Sequence record: DRR723986_6279 | Strand: one strand, 5' to 3' | DNA length: 39,976 nt | Part shown: in pieces, positions 12,385 to 21,227 of the stretch | Layout: each line of letters opens with the position of its first letter | Position numbering within the stretch: the first letter of the stretch is position 1 | The notes under the pieces: model-generated | Told to the model about the DNA's origin: nothing | The model's input: only the letters and a program-made list of their open reading frames with translations | The model's database searches: none | Program-made: the position numbers and the translations under genes

Positions 12385-13504
12385 AGAAGAAAAAACAGCA
12401 TTATTTGACGCCTATTTGCGGAATGAGCTCTCTGTTGAAGATCGAGCTGGTTTTAAAACTTTATTGGATAAAAACGAAGACTTCAAAAAAGATTTTGATG
12501 CGTACCAAAACACAGCTCGTGAAATCAAAGAAGGACAAGAGTATGGGCTGATCAAAGAAACTTTAAAAGAAATTCATGCAGAACTCGTCCAGCCTAAAAA
12601 ATCAATTTTATTAAGAGCAAAATTCATTATTCCAATTGTTTCAGCTGCGGCAATTTTGGTTCTCCTCATTAGTGTTTTTCCGTTCAATGAAAACGGTGAC
12701 ACTGCTCAAGCCGTAAATGTAAGTGCTGATGACTATTCGCCAACGGACAATGAAGAAGAAGCGGGAGAAGGAGAAGCCTTCTGTGAAGAGGCGACCGAAG
12801 TCCAAGAAATGGACAGTATTATTCATGAAAATTATGCTGACACGAATAATGAAAATTACAATAGTGTTGACTTTTTAAATAAGGTAATTGAGTACACGCA
12901 GTCTGTACCATTAGGAACATCATTTCAAATTTCTAAAAGGGGATACTTTATTACTGCCAAGCATTTGGTGTACAAAAAACGATACGTGCAATTGCACAAT
13001 AAAGAGCAGCAGCTGGCATTCTATGCCGAAGTAATATATAGGGATACCCTTGCCGATTTTGCCCTATTGAAATGTTCGGACTCAATTGCCAATCTTTTAA
13101 ATCCATGTCCTTATAAAATAAGATCTAAACAACCGAATTTAGGAGATGAAGTATTCACCTTGGGTTATCCTAAAGCAGAGATCGTCTATACTAAAGGTGC
13201 TGTGAGTTCTTCAAAAGGATACCGTTCAGACAGTTTAACTTTTGAGTTGTCTTTACCTTCAAATTCTGGAAATAGTGGAGCACCATTATTTTCTAAATCA
13301 GGAAATTTTATGGGTTTAATAGTTGCCAATAATTCTAAAAAGCAATCGGTCACCTATGTGGTTCAGCCAACTTACATTGCTGAAAGAATTCAACAACTGA
13401 GATCTAAATATGACATTGACATGTCAAAAAATTACAGCAAAAATTCTCAAAAACCTTCTTATTTGATTGAGAAATTCACTCCGTTTATCTTTGAGTTGAA
13501 ATAA
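12377..13504 (+). CDS. Putative anti-sigma factor with C-terminal trypsin-like (S1C) serine protease domain
   Basis: Overlaps ECF stop; N-terminal FDAYLRNELS helical domain, TM helix, GTSF..ITAKH, DFALL, LGYP, SGNSGAPL. Confidence 0.85.
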   Translation: MSEEEKTALFDAYLRNELSVEDRAGFKTLLDKNEDFKKDFDAYQNTAREIKEGQEYGLIKETLKEIHAELVQPKKSILLRAKFIIPIVSAAAILVLLISVFPFNENGDTAQAVNVSADDYSPTDNEEEAGEGEAFCEEATEVQEMDSIIHENYADTNNENYNSVDFLNKVIEYTQSVPLGTSFQISKRGYFITAKHLVYKKRYVQLHNKEQQLAFYAEVIYRDTLADFALLKCSDSIANLLNPCPYKIRSKQPNLGDEVFTLGYPKAEIVYTKGAVSSSKGYRSDSLTFELSLPSNSGNSGAPLFSKSGNFMGLIVANNSKKQSVTYVVQPTYIAERIQQLRSKYDIDMSKNYSKNSQKPSYLIEKFTPFIFELK

Positions 13505-13586
13505 AAACACCCTCACCTAACCCTTAATTTTACTGGTATTTCAAATTTAATTCATTTTATTTTTGGAGATTAACTATTCTTTTCTA

Positions 13587-13619
13587 TACATTTGCAGTGT
13601 ACTATTATACTAATACACT
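13587..13619 (+). promoter_or_regulatory. -7 box plus YtrA-type GntR operator
   Basis: TACATTTG (13587-13594) followed by AGTGTA-N12-TACACT (13596-13619); operon encodes a YtrA-like GntR. Confidence 0.7.
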
Positions 13620-13624
13620 ATACA

Positions 13625-14461
13625 ATGATAGCATTTGACAATTTCACATTTGCCTACAGCAAAAAATATCCGATTTATACGGACTTAAATTTAACACTTG
13701 AAAAAGGTAAAATTTACGGCCTGTTTGGAAAAAATGGCGCAGGAAAATCTACCTTACTAAAAAATATAACTGGTGTTAATCGACCTTCTAAGGGGACAGT
13801 TTCGGTTAACAATCATACTCCGCATAAAAGAAAACCGTCTTTCTTGGGCAACTTATTTATGATTCCAGAGGAAGTTTATGTTCCAGCCATTAGCCCTAAA
13901 AGTTTTTTAAAAATTTATGGGTCGTTTTACCCGAACTTCTCCATGTCAGATTTCGAAAATCACATCAATATGTTGGAGGTACCTGAAACAAAAAACTTGA
14001 CTAAACTCTCTTTCGGTCAACAAAAAAAATTTTTTATCGCCTTTGGATTAGCTTGTAACACTGAGGTTGTGATTTTAGATGAGCCAACAAACGGTTTAGA
14101 TATCCCCTCTAAAAGCCAGTTTCGCAAATTAATTGCCCAAACCATTTCGGATGATAAAACATTCATTATTTCAACCCATCAAGTTAGAGACCTTGATCAT
14201 TTATTAGACCATATAATTATCGTCAATTCAGGAAAAGTATTGCTTGACGAAAGCGTGTATGTTATTGCGAATAAAATCGCCTTTAATTTTTATCAAACGA
14301 AACCAAATCCTGAAACAGTTTTAGCCAGTGACGAAATCATTGGAGGTTTTGCCGTTATGGAACAAAATCATGAAAACGAAGAAACCAATGTGAATTTGGA
14401 GCAATTGTTCAACACCACCATTATGAATACTGAAGTAATCCAATCAGTATTTGCCAAATAA
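13625..14461 (+). CDS. ABC transporter ATP-binding protein (YtrB-like)
   Basis: Walker A GKNGAGKST, signature LSFGQ, Walker B ILDEPTNGLD, STH; ATG 13625 lies downstream of promoter and operator. Confidence 0.92.
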   Translation: MIAFDNFTFAYSKKYPIYTDLNLTLEKGKIYGLFGKNGAGKSTLLKNITGVNRPSKGTVSVNNHTPHKRKPSFLGNLFMIPEEVYVPAISPKSFLKIYGSFYPNFSMSDFENHINMLEVPETKNLTKLSFGQQKKFFIAFGLACNTEVVILDEPTNGLDIPSKSQFRKLIAQTISDDKTFIISTHQVRDLDHLLDHIIIVNSGKVLLDESVYVIANKIAFNFYQTKPNPETVLASDEIIGGFAVMEQNHENEETNVNLEQLFNTTIMNTEVIQSVFAK

Positions 14462-14469
14462 CTAATAAC

Positions 14470-15258
14470 ATGAAAGATATATTTAATTTAAAAAGATTCT
14501 ACAGCTCATTTCTGAGACTCATTTCTGAAAAAGGGGTAAAAATGATTGGCAGCGTTATTATTGCCATTTTATTTGCATTTGTTTTGTTAAACATTGAAAC
14601 TCACCCTGGAATATATGCAGAGCTGCAAACCACGTTTTTAATCATAGGTTTAACTTTTGGTCCTGTACTATTTATGTCAATTGTTTCGAATGAAATGAGC
14701 GCCAATTCAAAAGGTATGGCCTATTTGTTATTACCCAATTCAATTTTTGAAAAGTGGTTTTTGAATAGTGTGATTGCCTTGATGATTTATTTTGTATTGT
14801 TTTGTTCGTTGTATTTTTTACTGGACCTATTAATGATTGAAATCGTTTCAGCCAGGCATAATTTACCTGACGGCTTCATTCAACCTGTAGAGTTTTTTAC
14901 ACATAACACTTACATTGGATTTATGGCAGGAACGGCTTTAGGACTAGGAGTAACACTTGGCTCGTTATACTTCAAGAAAAATAACTTTGTCTATTCAAGT
15001 ATGGTAATGTTCGGACTGTTTATTCTCATATTTGTCATCAACCACTTTACGGCAAATGCATTTTTTGATGAATATATTTATTTTGGAGACTCTGCACCAT
15101 ATGCTTCTGTATATATTGAGAATGAAGCTAGCGCTTCAGGAGGATTCCATGTCACGAGTAATTTATCAAGAATGGGCATCACCTCTTTAGTTTTTGCCCC
15201 ATTCATTATCGCATTTTCAGGCATCTACTTTTTAAGATTAAAAGAGAAAGAACTCTAA
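14470..15258 (+). CDS. ABC-2 type permease
   Basis: About 6 TM helices, YLLLPNSIFEK motif, C-terminal RLKEKEL. Confidence 0.8.
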   Translation: MKDIFNLKRFYSSFLRLISEKGVKMIGSVIIAILFAFVLLNIETHPGIYAELQTTFLIIGLTFGPVLFMSIVSNEMSANSKGMAYLLLPNSIFEKWFLNSVIALMIYFVLFCSLYFLLDLLMIEIVSARHNLPDGFIQPVEFFTHNTYIGFMAGTALGLGVTLGSLYFKKNNFVYSSMVMFGLFILIFVINHFTANAFFDEYIYFGDSAPYASVYIENEASASGGFHVTSNLSRMGITSLVFAPFIIAFSGIYFLRLKEKEL

Positions 15259-15259
15259 T

Positions 15260-15628
15260 ATGGACTTTAAGCAAAAACAAACTATTTATCTGCAAATTGC
15301 CAACAGTATTTGCGAAAAAATACTTGAGGGTGAATATCCTGAAGAAGGAAAAATACCGAGTATTAGAACAACGGCTGTGGATTTTCAGGTAAACCCAAAT
15401 ACAGTGCAACGGACCTATGAGCATTTGACCAATGAAAACTTCATTTATACGCAAAGAGGTTTGGGATATTTCGTGACCAAAGGAGCTAAAAAAAGTATTC
15501 TGAAAGCACGAAAAAAGAACTTTATGGACAAACAACTACCAGGTGTTATTAAAAGCATGATTCTGTTAGATATAGACATAGAACAAGTAGTTGAAAAATA
15601 TAACGACATTAAAAATAAGCAACAATGA
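15260..15628 (+). CDS. GntR family (YtrA subfamily) transcriptional regulator
   Basis: IYLQI, KIPSIR, VNPNTVQRTY, QRGLGYFV; 122 aa with short C-terminal domain. Confidence 0.93.
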   Translation: MDFKQKQTIYLQIANSICEKILEGEYPEEGKIPSIRTTAVDFQVNPNTVQRTYEHLTNENFIYTQRGLGYFVTKGAKKSILKARKKNFMDKQLPGVIKSMILLDIDIEQVVEKYNDIKNKQQ

Positions 15629-16326
15629 AAACGACAATAAAATTATTAATCGGTCTACTACTATTGGTAACAGGAATATTATCAATGACAAATTATCAGT
15701 TGGCGCAAAAATATGCAGCCATTGATACTGCTGATCAGTATCACGAATTTGAACAGCACGACCAGTTGAATTTTGATAAAATTGAAATCAATGGTGGAAA
15801 CGAACTGAAATTGCAAATCAAACAAGGGGAGTCTAATTCCTTATTCATTCACAAACGATTCACTGATAAAATCGATTTCACAAATAAAGAGGGTCAATTG
15901 CAAGTAAATTTTCATGAAGATTTGACTGATGATGATTATAATCCTAGAGAACATGATCATTATAGAAATTCACCGAGAGTGATTATTACTTATACACAAC
16001 TTGATGAAATTATTAGCACAAATGGAAATATGGATGTTCAAGCTGTCATCAATAACAACCTTACTTTACTATCAAAAGGCAATTCAACAATTAACCTCAA
16101 CATTACCGAAATTAAAGGAGGTAAGCTCTCGGTCACAGGAACAGATAATACACTGATTAACATTCTCGAAGACTCAGAAAAAGGAAGTTTAAATTTGGCC
16201 AAGTTCGATTTAAAAGATAAAGCCTATTTAAAAATTCCGGCTTTAAAATCAGATAGTGTTAGTTTGAATATGTCTCCTGAAAGTGAAATCAGTTGCGGAA
16301 GTTCATTTATTGCAAATTTGAAATAA
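15625..16326 (+). CDS. GIN/DUF2807-like (adhesin head) domain protein
   Basis: N-terminal membrane anchor, FDKIEING motif, beta-helix-like repeats; ATGA overlap with gntR. Confidence 0.6.
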   Translation: MKTTIKLLIGLLLLVTGILSMTNYQLAQKYAAIDTADQYHEFEQHDQLNFDKIEINGGNELKLQIKQGESNSLFIHKRFTDKIDFTNKEGQLQVNFHEDLTDDDYNPREHDHYRNSPRVIITYTQLDEIISTNGNMDVQAVINNNLTLLSKGNSTINLNITEIKGGKLSVTGTDNTLINILEDSEKGSLNLAKFDLKDKAYLKIPALKSDSVSLNMSPESEISCGSSFIANLK

Positions 16327-16451
16327 TAGAAACAACATCCACAATCATTTAGCGCAGGATGAATCATTCAATCAACCTTTTAACATATTTTTTTAAAATG
16401 AATGTGCGTCTAAGTGTAACTTTGTGCCATAAATTGTGTCTAACAGGTAAC

Positions 16452-18986
16452 GTGTATTTAAAGCCCATTTTAGCATTCTTTTTGATTTTGTGCTCAGCAT
16501 TTGCTAGTGGACAGGCAATTCAGGGTTTTATATATGATGAATCAAACAACCCTATTCCTTACGCTAAAGTGTACATGACCAACACTTCTTCTAATGGTGG
16601 AAGTCTAGGAGCCATCTCTGATGAAGAAGGGAAATACTTTATTGGATGTAATCAGGGATCCTACAATTTGGTTTATAAGTGTGTTGGATTTGAAGATTAT
16701 GAAATTACTGTTACCGTTAAAGGTTTACAGCCAACGGTTCATAATATTTACATGAAGCAAAAGGACAATGAGCTGGGCACAGTTGAAATCAAAACTAAAA
16801 AAAGAAATGTTGGTTGGGAGATTGTTCAACGGGTGATAGACCATAAGAAAGACCTAATTCAACAGTACGATAGCTACAGTTGTGACATCTACATCAAGGG
16901 AACAGAATCGTTTGATGTGAAGAAAAAGCCAGAAAAAGAGAATGATGATCCGGATGATGAACCCAACGATAAATTTCAAAAACAAAAAGATGAAATCAAC
17001 AAAAAGTTAAACGGTGAAAATCGACTGAATATGGTTGAGATTAACATTGAAAAACATTTTCAGTATCCAAATAAAATTAAAGAAATTAGAACAGGTTATG
17101 ATAAAATCGGAAAGCCTGAACAAATCTATTTTCAAACCACTACAGGTGGAGAATTCAACTTTTACAAAAGTTTGGTGAGACAGGAAGACGTACACAAAAC
17201 ACCAATCGTATCTCCATTGCACCCCTCTGGTATTTTATCCTACAAATACAAACTAAAAGAGATCATCACTGAAGAAGGGAGTAATGACACCATTTATAAA
17301 ATTGAAATTTCGCCAAGAAGTGTTGGAACATCAACCTTAGAAGGGTTTTTATGGATTAAAAAAGGAGATTTTGTGTTGACCAAATTAGACCTGGCTATGC
17401 ATAAAGGAAATTTGAAGAAATATGATGATTTTCACATCATTCAGTCTTTTGAACAGATTGATTCTTTTTGGGTAATGACCAGACAATCTTTTGAATACAG
17501 CACGAAGTATATGAAAGAAACGATCAAGGGGATTACTACTGTGGCTTACTCGAATTACAAGTTTAATCCTGTCTATCCTCCAAAATATTTCAGTAATGAA
17601 GTTGGAGTTACTACTGAAGAAGCTTATGAACGTGACTCAACGTATTGGGGCAGCATCAGACCTGAACCCTTGACTCAAGAAGAGCAAAGAAAAAAATTCG
17701 TCCAAGATAGCCTCACAGCCATTTATACTTCTGAAGAGTACTTGGACTCTGTTGATGCCAACTTCAATAAAATAACTGCACTGAAAGTGCTAATTATGGG
17801 CATAGAACATAGAAACCGTCATAAAAAAACCCAATGGTTCATTTCTTCTGTTGCCGAACTATTCAACTTGAGCCAGGGAGGGGTGAGAATCGGACCTGAA
17901 TTTCAGCTTTTTAAAAAATGGAAGAATGAACAATGGATAGATTTCAGCGGAAACTTTTCTGTAGGGTTAAATAACGGTGATTTGAGAGGCAAAGGACGGA
18001 TTTACCACAGATATAACCCTAAGAAATTCGCTACTTGGTCAGTTTGGTATTCGAGGGATGCGGAGTTTATAAATAGTTTTGACGCTATACTTTCTCAGTG
18101 GAATAGAAAGAACTGGTATATTAATAATCAAGGTGGAGTTTGGCATAGTTTTGAAATCTTAAATGGGCTTTTCCTTTCTACCGGTTTAAGGGTTGAAAGA
18201 AGAAGTTCATTTGATACCACTTACAAATTTAATACATGGTTGGATAACGCACTTGATCAAAGTTTCCCAGATCAATTTGATCCATATTACGTTTTAAGAA
18301 CAAACATTGGATTGGAATTTACACCAGGGCAAAAATATATGACTGAGCCCAAGCGAAAAGTAATTTTAGGCTCGGTATGGCCAACTTTTTCTCTTTATTG
18401 GGAAAAAGGATGGAAAGGTCCTTTAGGATCTGACGCGGACTTTGATTATTTAAGTTTAACTATTGATCATGCTTTTCAAATTGGCACAATGGGAAAATCA
18501 AAATATAGAATCAGAACCGGAGCTTTTTTGAATCAAAAAAACGTTTATTACATTGATAAAAAATTCTTCAGGTCTTCAGATGAGGGATATCTGCGTTGGA
18601 TATTTTCACCGCCCCTTTGGTCTTTCCAAAATTTGGATTCATCTTACGAAACTCAAGATTATTATTTGGAGTTTCATTATATCCATCATTTTAACGGAGC
18701 CGTAATGAATAAAATTCCTTTTATGAAAAAAACTGGTATACAGATGGTTGCTGGAGGTGGCTTAATATATCTACCTGAACATGCTGATTATTTCTATACA
18801 GAATTGTACGCAGGTCTCGAACGAACGTTTAAATTTCTGAGACGAAGGTGGAGGTTCGGAACATACATTACCTTCAGCTGGTCCAACAATTCTTTCTCAT
18901 TACCAGAAGAAAGCCAGCCTAAAAACGTTCAATTAAAATTTGGGTTGGATGTAATGAATGAGCGCGACTTGAAATTTAATTTCTAG
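16452..18986 (+). CDS. DUF5686 / carboxypeptidase-regulatory-like domain outer-membrane protein
   Basis: IQGFIYDESNNPIPYA..SDEEGKY..VGFE N-domain, VSPL...YKY, RDSTYW..IRPEPLT.EE; start moved to GTG 16452, downstream of TAACTTTG (16417-16424). Confidence 0.8.
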   Translation: MYLKPILAFFLILCSAFASGQAIQGFIYDESNNPIPYAKVYMTNTSSNGGSLGAISDEEGKYFIGCNQGSYNLVYKCVGFEDYEITVTVKGLQPTVHNIYMKQKDNELGTVEIKTKKRNVGWEIVQRVIDHKKDLIQQYDSYSCDIYIKGTESFDVKKKPEKENDDPDDEPNDKFQKQKDEINKKLNGENRLNMVEINIEKHFQYPNKIKEIRTGYDKIGKPEQIYFQTTTGGEFNFYKSLVRQEDVHKTPIVSPLHPSGILSYKYKLKEIITEEGSNDTIYKIEISPRSVGTSTLEGFLWIKKGDFVLTKLDLAMHKGNLKKYDDFHIIQSFEQIDSFWVMTRQSFEYSTKYMKETIKGITTVAYSNYKFNPVYPPKYFSNEVGVTTEEAYERDSTYWGSIRPEPLTQEEQRKKFVQDSLTAIYTSEEYLDSVDANFNKITALKVLIMGIEHRNRHKKTQWFISSVAELFNLSQGGVRIGPEFQLFKKWKNEQWIDFSGNFSVGLNNGDLRGKGRIYHRYNPKKFATWSVWYSRDAEFINSFDAILSQWNRKNWYINNQGGVWHSFEILNGLFLSTGLRVERRSSFDTTYKFNTWLDNALDQSFPDQFDPYYVLRTNIGLEFTPGQKYMTEPKRKVILGSVWPTFSLYWEKGWKGPLGSDADFDYLSLTIDHAFQIGTMGKSKYRIRTGAFLNQKNVYYIDKKFFRSSDEGYLRWIFSPPLWSFQNLDSSYETQDYYLEFHYIHHFNGAVMNKIPFMKKTGIQMVAGGGLIYLPEHADYFYTELYAGLERTFKFLRRRWRFGTYITFSWSNNSFSLPEESQPKNVQLKFGLDVMNERDLKFNF

Positions 18987-18987
18987 G

Positions 18988-19299
18988 GTGATTTTTGGCA
19001 AAAAAATAACATCAGAACAATCCATTAAACTTCAAGGTGTATTAGAGGCAGTTTTAACCTATCTCAAAAATTCAAGTGACTCAGTTTATGCATATGACAC
19101 AGTTCAAGAGTGTCAAGATCTGATTCAAAAAAATTTAATAAAAATGAAGGCAGGGAAACGAGTTCAACTCAAATTCATAAAGTACCTTTTTCTACCCGCT
19201 GGATCATTACAGGATATTTCTTTAGACAACAATTGGGCGGATGAGTTCTTAGCACTATCAAAAAGCTTTGACGCTATTTTTAGTTCATCCCTCAATTAG
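18988..19299 (+). CDS. Hypothetical protein
   Basis: 103-aa ORF starting 1 bp after the previous stop; FLPAGSLQDISLDNNW motif. Confidence 0.6.
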   Translation: MIFGKKITSEQSIKLQGVLEAVLTYLKNSSDSVYAYDTVQECQDLIQKNLIKMKAGKRVQLKFIKYLFLPAGSLQDISLDNNWADEFLALSKSFDAIFSSSLN

Positions 19300-19339
19300 G
19301 CATGTCTGTGTAGACATCTAATGATTATCTTTGTAATAG

Positions 19340-19651
19340 ATGATTTTCATTACTCAGATAATACATATCCATCCGAACAAGGAAAAAGAATTCTTGGAGT
19401 TTGAAGATTTTGCTATACCTCTAATGGCTGAGTACGGCGGAAAAATGATTCATAGAATTAGACCCGCCAAAGAGAATTTCATTAATCATTTGACGGACAC
19501 TTTCCCTTACGAAGTGCATATACTTTCATTCCCATCTGAGCAAGACCTCGATCAATTTATTAAGGACCCCAGACGCCTTTCTTATGTACACTTGAAAAAT
19601 GAATCAGTTAAAACGTCATTTATGATCAAGGGAAAAAAATACGGCGAATAA
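19340..19651 (+). CDS. DUF1330-like dimeric alpha/beta barrel protein
   Basis: EF..FE....PLMAEYGGK, HILSFPS, F..DP.R pattern. Confidence 0.7.
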   Translation: MIFITQIIHIHPNKEKEFLEFEDFAIPLMAEYGGKMIHRIRPAKENFINHLTDTFPYEVHILSFPSEQDLDQFIKDPRRLSYVHLKNESVKTSFMIKGKKYGE

Positions 19652-19704
19652 CAAACCTTACCATGAGTTAATTCAATTTCTGTATCTTCGACTCGCCCAA
19701 TTTA

Positions 19705-21120
19705 ATGTCCATGAGTCAAACATCAACGATTATTCAAGTTAACAACTTGCCCAAACCCAAAGGAAAATTCATCCTAGGAAATTTACCTGAATTCAACACC
19801 GAAAACAAACATCTCATTTTAGAAAAATGGGCTGAAGAATGTGGTGACCTCTATCAAATTTCATTGGCAGGAAAACGTTTCGTTGTATCAGCTCGCCCAG
19901 AATTGAATGCAGAAATTCTTAAGCTCCGACCAAAAGAATTCCGCCGTTTTGGAAAAATTGATGAGATTTTCATGGAAATGGGAATTGACGGCGTGTTCAA
20001 TGCTGAAGGCGCTAAATGGCAAAAACATAGAAAGTTGACCTCAGAGGCGCTCAATGCACAAAACGTTAAATCTTTTTATCCAACAATCGTTGAAAAAACT
20101 GGGGTCTTACTGAAAAAATTTGAAGGCTTCGCTTCGAGCAATGAAAAAGTGGCCATTCAAAAAGAGATGATGTCTTTCACTATTGACATTACGACAAAAA
20201 TTGCCTTTGGCTATCATCTCAATACCATACAAAATGAAGGGGATGACTTTCAAGAACATCTTGAGAAGATTTTTCCTATGATCAACTCCAGAATAACCGC
20301 CCCAATTCCTTTATGGCGACTGATTAAATCGAAGAAAGATAAAGAACTTGACATTTCATTGAACAAAATTCAAGAACTGGTTTTTAAATTCATCAATGAA
20401 GCAAAAACGCGCTTAGCAGATCAACCAGAACTTAAAAAACAACCTTCTAATTTTTTAGAAGCACTATTAGTTGAGGCCGAAAACGAGCAATTCAGCAATG
20501 AAGAAATTTTTGGCAATGTATTTACCATGCTTTTGGCTGGGGAGGACACCACCTCTAATTCAATTTCATGGGCAATTTATTATTTGGCGCAGCTTCCAGA
20601 ATTGGTGACTCGATTACGCGAAGAAGCCAATTCCGTTTTTAAAAATGATGATTTACCACATGACTATTCTTGTTTTGCAGCTTTAAAATTGGCAAACGCT
20701 GCGGCACAAGAGGCCATCAGAATAAAACCTACAACCCCTCAACTTTATTTGCAAGCCAACGAAGAAGTTGAAGTGGGCGGAATTCTTTTTCCAAAAGATA
20801 CCATTGTGATTTTGCAATCTAAAATCGCACAAAATTCGGACAAATATTTTACTGATGCTTTAAGCTATAATCCGGATCGTTGGATGCGAGGAGGATGCCC
20901 TGTTGATCATAACCATTCACCCAAAGTAGTCAAAGCCTTTGGCGGAGGACCTAGATTTTGCCCAGGGATGAATTTAGCCATGCATGAAATGGTAGTTTTA
21001 CTTTCTTCTTTGTGTAAACGCTTTGATTTTGAATTGGCCGTAAAACCAGATGCGGTGAAGGACAAATTCGCCTTCACCATGCATCCAGATAATTTGTGGG
21101 TTAACTTGAAGAAGGTTTGA
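19705..21120 (+). CDS. Cytochrome P450
   Basis: I-helix AGEDTT, K-helix EAIR, PDRW, heme-binding FGGGPRFCPG. Confidence 0.95.
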   Translation: MSMSQTSTIIQVNNLPKPKGKFILGNLPEFNTENKHLILEKWAEECGDLYQISLAGKRFVVSARPELNAEILKLRPKEFRRFGKIDEIFMEMGIDGVFNAEGAKWQKHRKLTSEALNAQNVKSFYPTIVEKTGVLLKKFEGFASSNEKVAIQKEMMSFTIDITTKIAFGYHLNTIQNEGDDFQEHLEKIFPMINSRITAPIPLWRLIKSKKDKELDISLNKIQELVFKFINEAKTRLADQPELKKQPSNFLEALLVEAENEQFSNEEIFGNVFTMLLAGEDTTSNSISWAIYYLAQLPELVTRLREEANSVFKNDDLPHDYSCFAALKLANAAAQEAIRIKPTTPQLYLQANEEVEVGGILFPKDTIVILQSKIAQNSDKYFTDALSYNPDRWMRGGCPVDHNHSPKVVKAFGGGPRFCPGMNLAMHEMVVLLSSLCKRFDFELAVKPDAVKDKFAFTMHPDNLWVNLKKV

Positions 21121-21227
21121 AAATACTGATTGCATCCGTTCAAACTCCAAAACTTGTCAGGAGTTAACTTTCTATATTCCATACTTTTCCCTAGTTTTAA
21201 GGAATGAGAATAACCCTTAACATAACT

